Source: Arcobacteraceae bacterium
Lineage (GTDB): Bacteria; Campylobacterota; Campylobacteria; Campylobacterales; Arcobacteraceae
Length of the DNA: 52,532 bases
NCBI GenBank assembly: GCA_048268245.1
Contig: JBLWVX010000017.1
Location: 1-52,532 of the forward strand
Direction: 5' to 3'
Below are positions 50,220 to 52,532 of this stretch, piece by piece (position 1 is the first letter of the stretch; every line of letters starts with the position of its first letter). Under the pieces are notes generated by a model. That model was not told the origin of the DNA, searched no databases, and saw only the letters and a list, made by a program, of their open reading frames with translations. The translations under genes and the position numbers were made by a program.

Positions 50220-51001
50220 CGTGGGGCTTGCTTGTAATTATAGTAAATGTAGTTTATTTACTACTATCTATGCTAATTGGATATTTGGCATATAAGTTTT
50301 TTAAACATAAATATAAACATATAGGAAAAATAGTTTTCTTAGTAGTTTTATTAGCACCTTTTTGGGATTTGATTATTCAAAAAGGGGTTAAGACTTATTA
50401 TCAAGCCTTTAAGATGGAAGGTGAGATATATGCTTACCCTGAAGTTGATGCAGATGGGAAGATTGAGAGTTTGGATTTGACTAAACATAGCCATACTTGG
50501 ACTATTATACGTTTTGTAAATCATTTAAATTTAAGAAAATCTATTTTTTTCAAGGATTTTTCTATAGAGCAATTTAAAATTGATGATTTTATAAAAGAAA
50601 CTGATTTTGATGAAAGAATCAAAAACTTTATAGAATTAAAAGTTTTTGATGATGGTGCATTTAAAAAAGAAAAAAGTGTAGATAAAAAATTAAGAGTTAG
50701 GTTTGATGATGTAAAACCTCAATTTGAATATATAGAAAATGGAAATGCAAGATATAAAATAGAGAAAAAATCTGAAAAATATTTATTTGGATTATATACT
50801 CAAGGTACCTATTTATTAATAGATAATAAAACAAATAAAATTTTGGCAAAAGACATATCTGTGAGTTTTTTTAGAGAAAATGAAAATAAATTCCGAAATA
50901 AGTATTTATTATGGGTTAGTGGAAATGGTATACCTTTCAATATAAGTCAAATAAAAAGCAGTGTAATAAAAGAAAAAGTTTTAAAAATAAATTATTTATA
51001 G
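50213..51001 (+). CDS. Membrane-anchored hypothetical protein (candidate immunity/accessory for the downstream lipase)
   Basis: AAGGA RBS; 2 N-terminal TMs, LLAPFWD, soluble C-terminal domain; ends 9 nt before the lipase start. Confidence 0.8.
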   Translation: MLTWGLLVIIVNVVYLLLSMLIGYLAYKFFKHKYKHIGKIVFLVVLLAPFWDLIIQKGVKTYYQAFKMEGEIYAYPEVDADGKIESLDLTKHSHTWTIIRFVNHLNLRKSIFFKDFSIEQFKIDDFIKETDFDERIKNFIELKVFDDGAFKKEKSVDKKLRVRFDDVKPQFEYIENGNARYKIEKKSEKYLFGLYTQGTYLLIDNKTNKILAKDISVSFFRENENKFRNKYLLWVSGNGIPFNISQIKSSVIKEKVLKINYL

Positions 51002-51010
51002 GAGAAGAAG

Positions 51011-52532
51011 ATGGAATTAACAAATAAAATACTAGATACGGCACTATTATCAGAGTTGGCATATTTAAAACTTGAGAATAAACATTTTGAGAATAAAACT
51101 TATTCATTAGGTAATATCAGGGAGTTTCTTAGAGATAATAACAAAGATATAACTGGTATTGATGATAATCGTGATGAAGCAATTATTGATTTATTAGGAA
51201 ACTATACAATCGTTGATTTTAAAAATATTCCAACTTCTTTTGCTGGATTAAATGATCTTCAAGCAATGCTATTAAAAGATAAAGAGGGAAATACAACTAT
51301 TGCATTTAGAGGAACAGAAGGTGTAAGTGATATTGCTATTGATGCTCTTATGTTACAAGGTGGATATACAAATCAAATGTATAGTGCTTTACAATGGGTT
51401 AGAGATTTGAAATCATCAGGTATGTTAACTGGAAATGTTACTATTACTGGACACTCTTTAGGGGGTAGTTTAGCACAACTTGTAGGTTATGATACAGGAT
51501 ATGAAACATACACTTATAATGCTTTTGCTTTACAAAGAAATGAAGCTATTGAAGTACTTGGAGAAAAAACAACAGATAATATAATAAATTTACAGCTAGG
51601 AGAAGATATTGTATCTGGTCTTGGTAGTCAAGTAGGTGGAACTGGAGAAGGTGTAATTCACGAAATTATAGATAATATTGGTACTGTTGTACCTTCTGCT
51701 TATACAAAATATCTTGATGTGGGGAATCTTTTATTACAAGGTTCCATAAATTATATCAAAGACACTATAAATAAAAGTCATTTAGGGCAATTAGTTACAT
51801 TATTTGATATTGATGATGTTTCTATATCTGATTTGATAACAGATCATTTTATGTCAGGTTTTTCAAGTGCTTTTGAATTATATAGAAGTAATAATATTGA
51901 TTTATCTGATATTTTTATGACAGAAGATATTCAAGAAATTAATACACAATTAGGATATATTCTAGCTAATGCAAATATGAATATTGATGTTGAAGGAATG
52001 CCTAAAGCCGTTGAGTATATGATGCGTGCTGTAGGTTTTGAAAAAACTGATGGTACAAAATTCGATAGTTTAGAATCTATTCAAAATGCTTTTAATGAAA
52101 TAACAGATATTACTCAAGGTGCTACTTTAAAAACATATTCTTATAGCTTGGAAGATATGAATAATGAAATAAATAATGGAAATAAAGCTTTACTTTATAA
52201 TGTTGTAAATCTAAATCCAAGTATTTATATAGATGATAAGAAGCATCATCTTTATAGTAATGTAAATATAAATGATTACAGTGAAAAATATTTAGAAGAT
52301 AGAATAAATTTCCACTATAATCTTGTGAATAATAGTTCATTCCTAGAACTTGAAGCAAATTATATAGATAATGATACAGGAATAAAACTACAAACCCTTA
52401 GAGATATTTCAACTGTAATATTTGGTTCAAATGATGAAACAAAAAATGAGACTATTTATACGCAAAAAACAGATGATAGAGTTTACGCAGGAAAAGGTGA
52501 TGATACAATCATAGCTTGGGGTGGTAATAACT
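51011..52532 (+). CDS. Large class-3 lipase-domain protein with start of an RTX Ca-binding region (runs off window; missing from ORF track)
   Basis: AGGAG RBS; frame open for 507 codons to the window end; IAFRGTE, ITGHSLGGSLAQ (51449-51463 = GHSLG), TYTYNA, EDIVS; terminal DDRVYAGKGDDTIIAWGGNN resembles RTX nonapeptides. Confidence 0.88.
   Translation, partial: MELTNKILDTALLSELAYLKLENKHFENKTYSLGNIREFLRDNNKDITGIDDNRDEAIIDLLGNYTIVDFKNIPTSFAGLNDLQAMLLKDKEGNTTIAFRGTEGVSDIAIDALMLQGGYTNQMYSALQWVRDLKSSGMLTGNVTITGHSLGGSLAQLVGYDTGYETYTYNAFALQRNEAIEVLGEKTTDNIINLQLGEDIVSGLGSQVGGTGEGVIHEIIDNIGTVVPSAYTKYLDVGNLLLQGSINYIKDTINKSHLGQLVTLFDIDDVSISDLITDHFMSGFSSAFELYRSNNIDLSDIFMTEDIQEINTQLGYILANANMNIDVEGMPKAVEYMMRAVGFEKTDGTKFDSLESIQNAFNEITDITQGATLKTYSYSLEDMNNEINNGNKALLYNVVNLNPSIYIDDKKHHLYSNVNINDYSEKYLEDRINFHYNLVNNSSFLELEANYIDNDTGIKLQTLRDISTVIFGSNDETKNETIYTQKTDDRVYAGKGDDTIIAWGGNN

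Noticed and set aside
2180..52358. Short antisense or overlapping ORFs in the track (e.g. 2180-2383, 3248-3589, 10962-11258, 29254-29595, 30564-31094, 41945-42253, 44290-44520, 52122-52358)
   Set aside because: They lie within or opposite well-supported genes and show no motifs; treated as shadow ORFs.
1..52532. CRISPR arrays, tRNA/rRNA genes, intact prophage or integrase
   Set aside because: No regularly spaced repeat-spacer array, cloverleaf, rRNA-like segment or recombinase ORF was seen on manual reading.

Overview
Very AT-rich chromosomal window. Gene content and order (lolE-secA/lolA-rnpB, DUF1104 + OmpR-type pair, hup, rsmH) point to Campylobacterota, most likely Arcobacteraceae (inference). 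Most of it is housekeeping and signalling genes: secA, lolA/lolE, RNase P RNA, DEAD-box and HrpB helicases, a photolyase cluster, HU, rsmH, an RND pump, and several histidine kinases and c-di-GMP enzymes. Two accessory blocks stand out. (1) Right after the rnpB 3' end is a four-gene module: a sce7726-like PD-(D/E)XK nuclease convergent on an operon of 2TM/coiled-coil protein, ImmA/IrrE peptidase and an N-terminally extended Beta-family protein. It resembles the P4 gop-beta-cII anti-phage module but has different partner genes, so it is a candidate new defence variant. (2) At the right end, a deleted type I secretion locus is followed by stacked 'partner gene + lipase N-terminus' cassettes, ending in a large RTX-type lipase ORF (51011 to past the window end) that the ORF track missed. 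This looks like a T1SS polymorphic toxin/immunity array. Also seen: an apparently ATC-initiated DEAD-box helicase, an IS3 remnant carrying small insertions, and several pseudogenes. No database searches were run; family calls rest on motif recognition.
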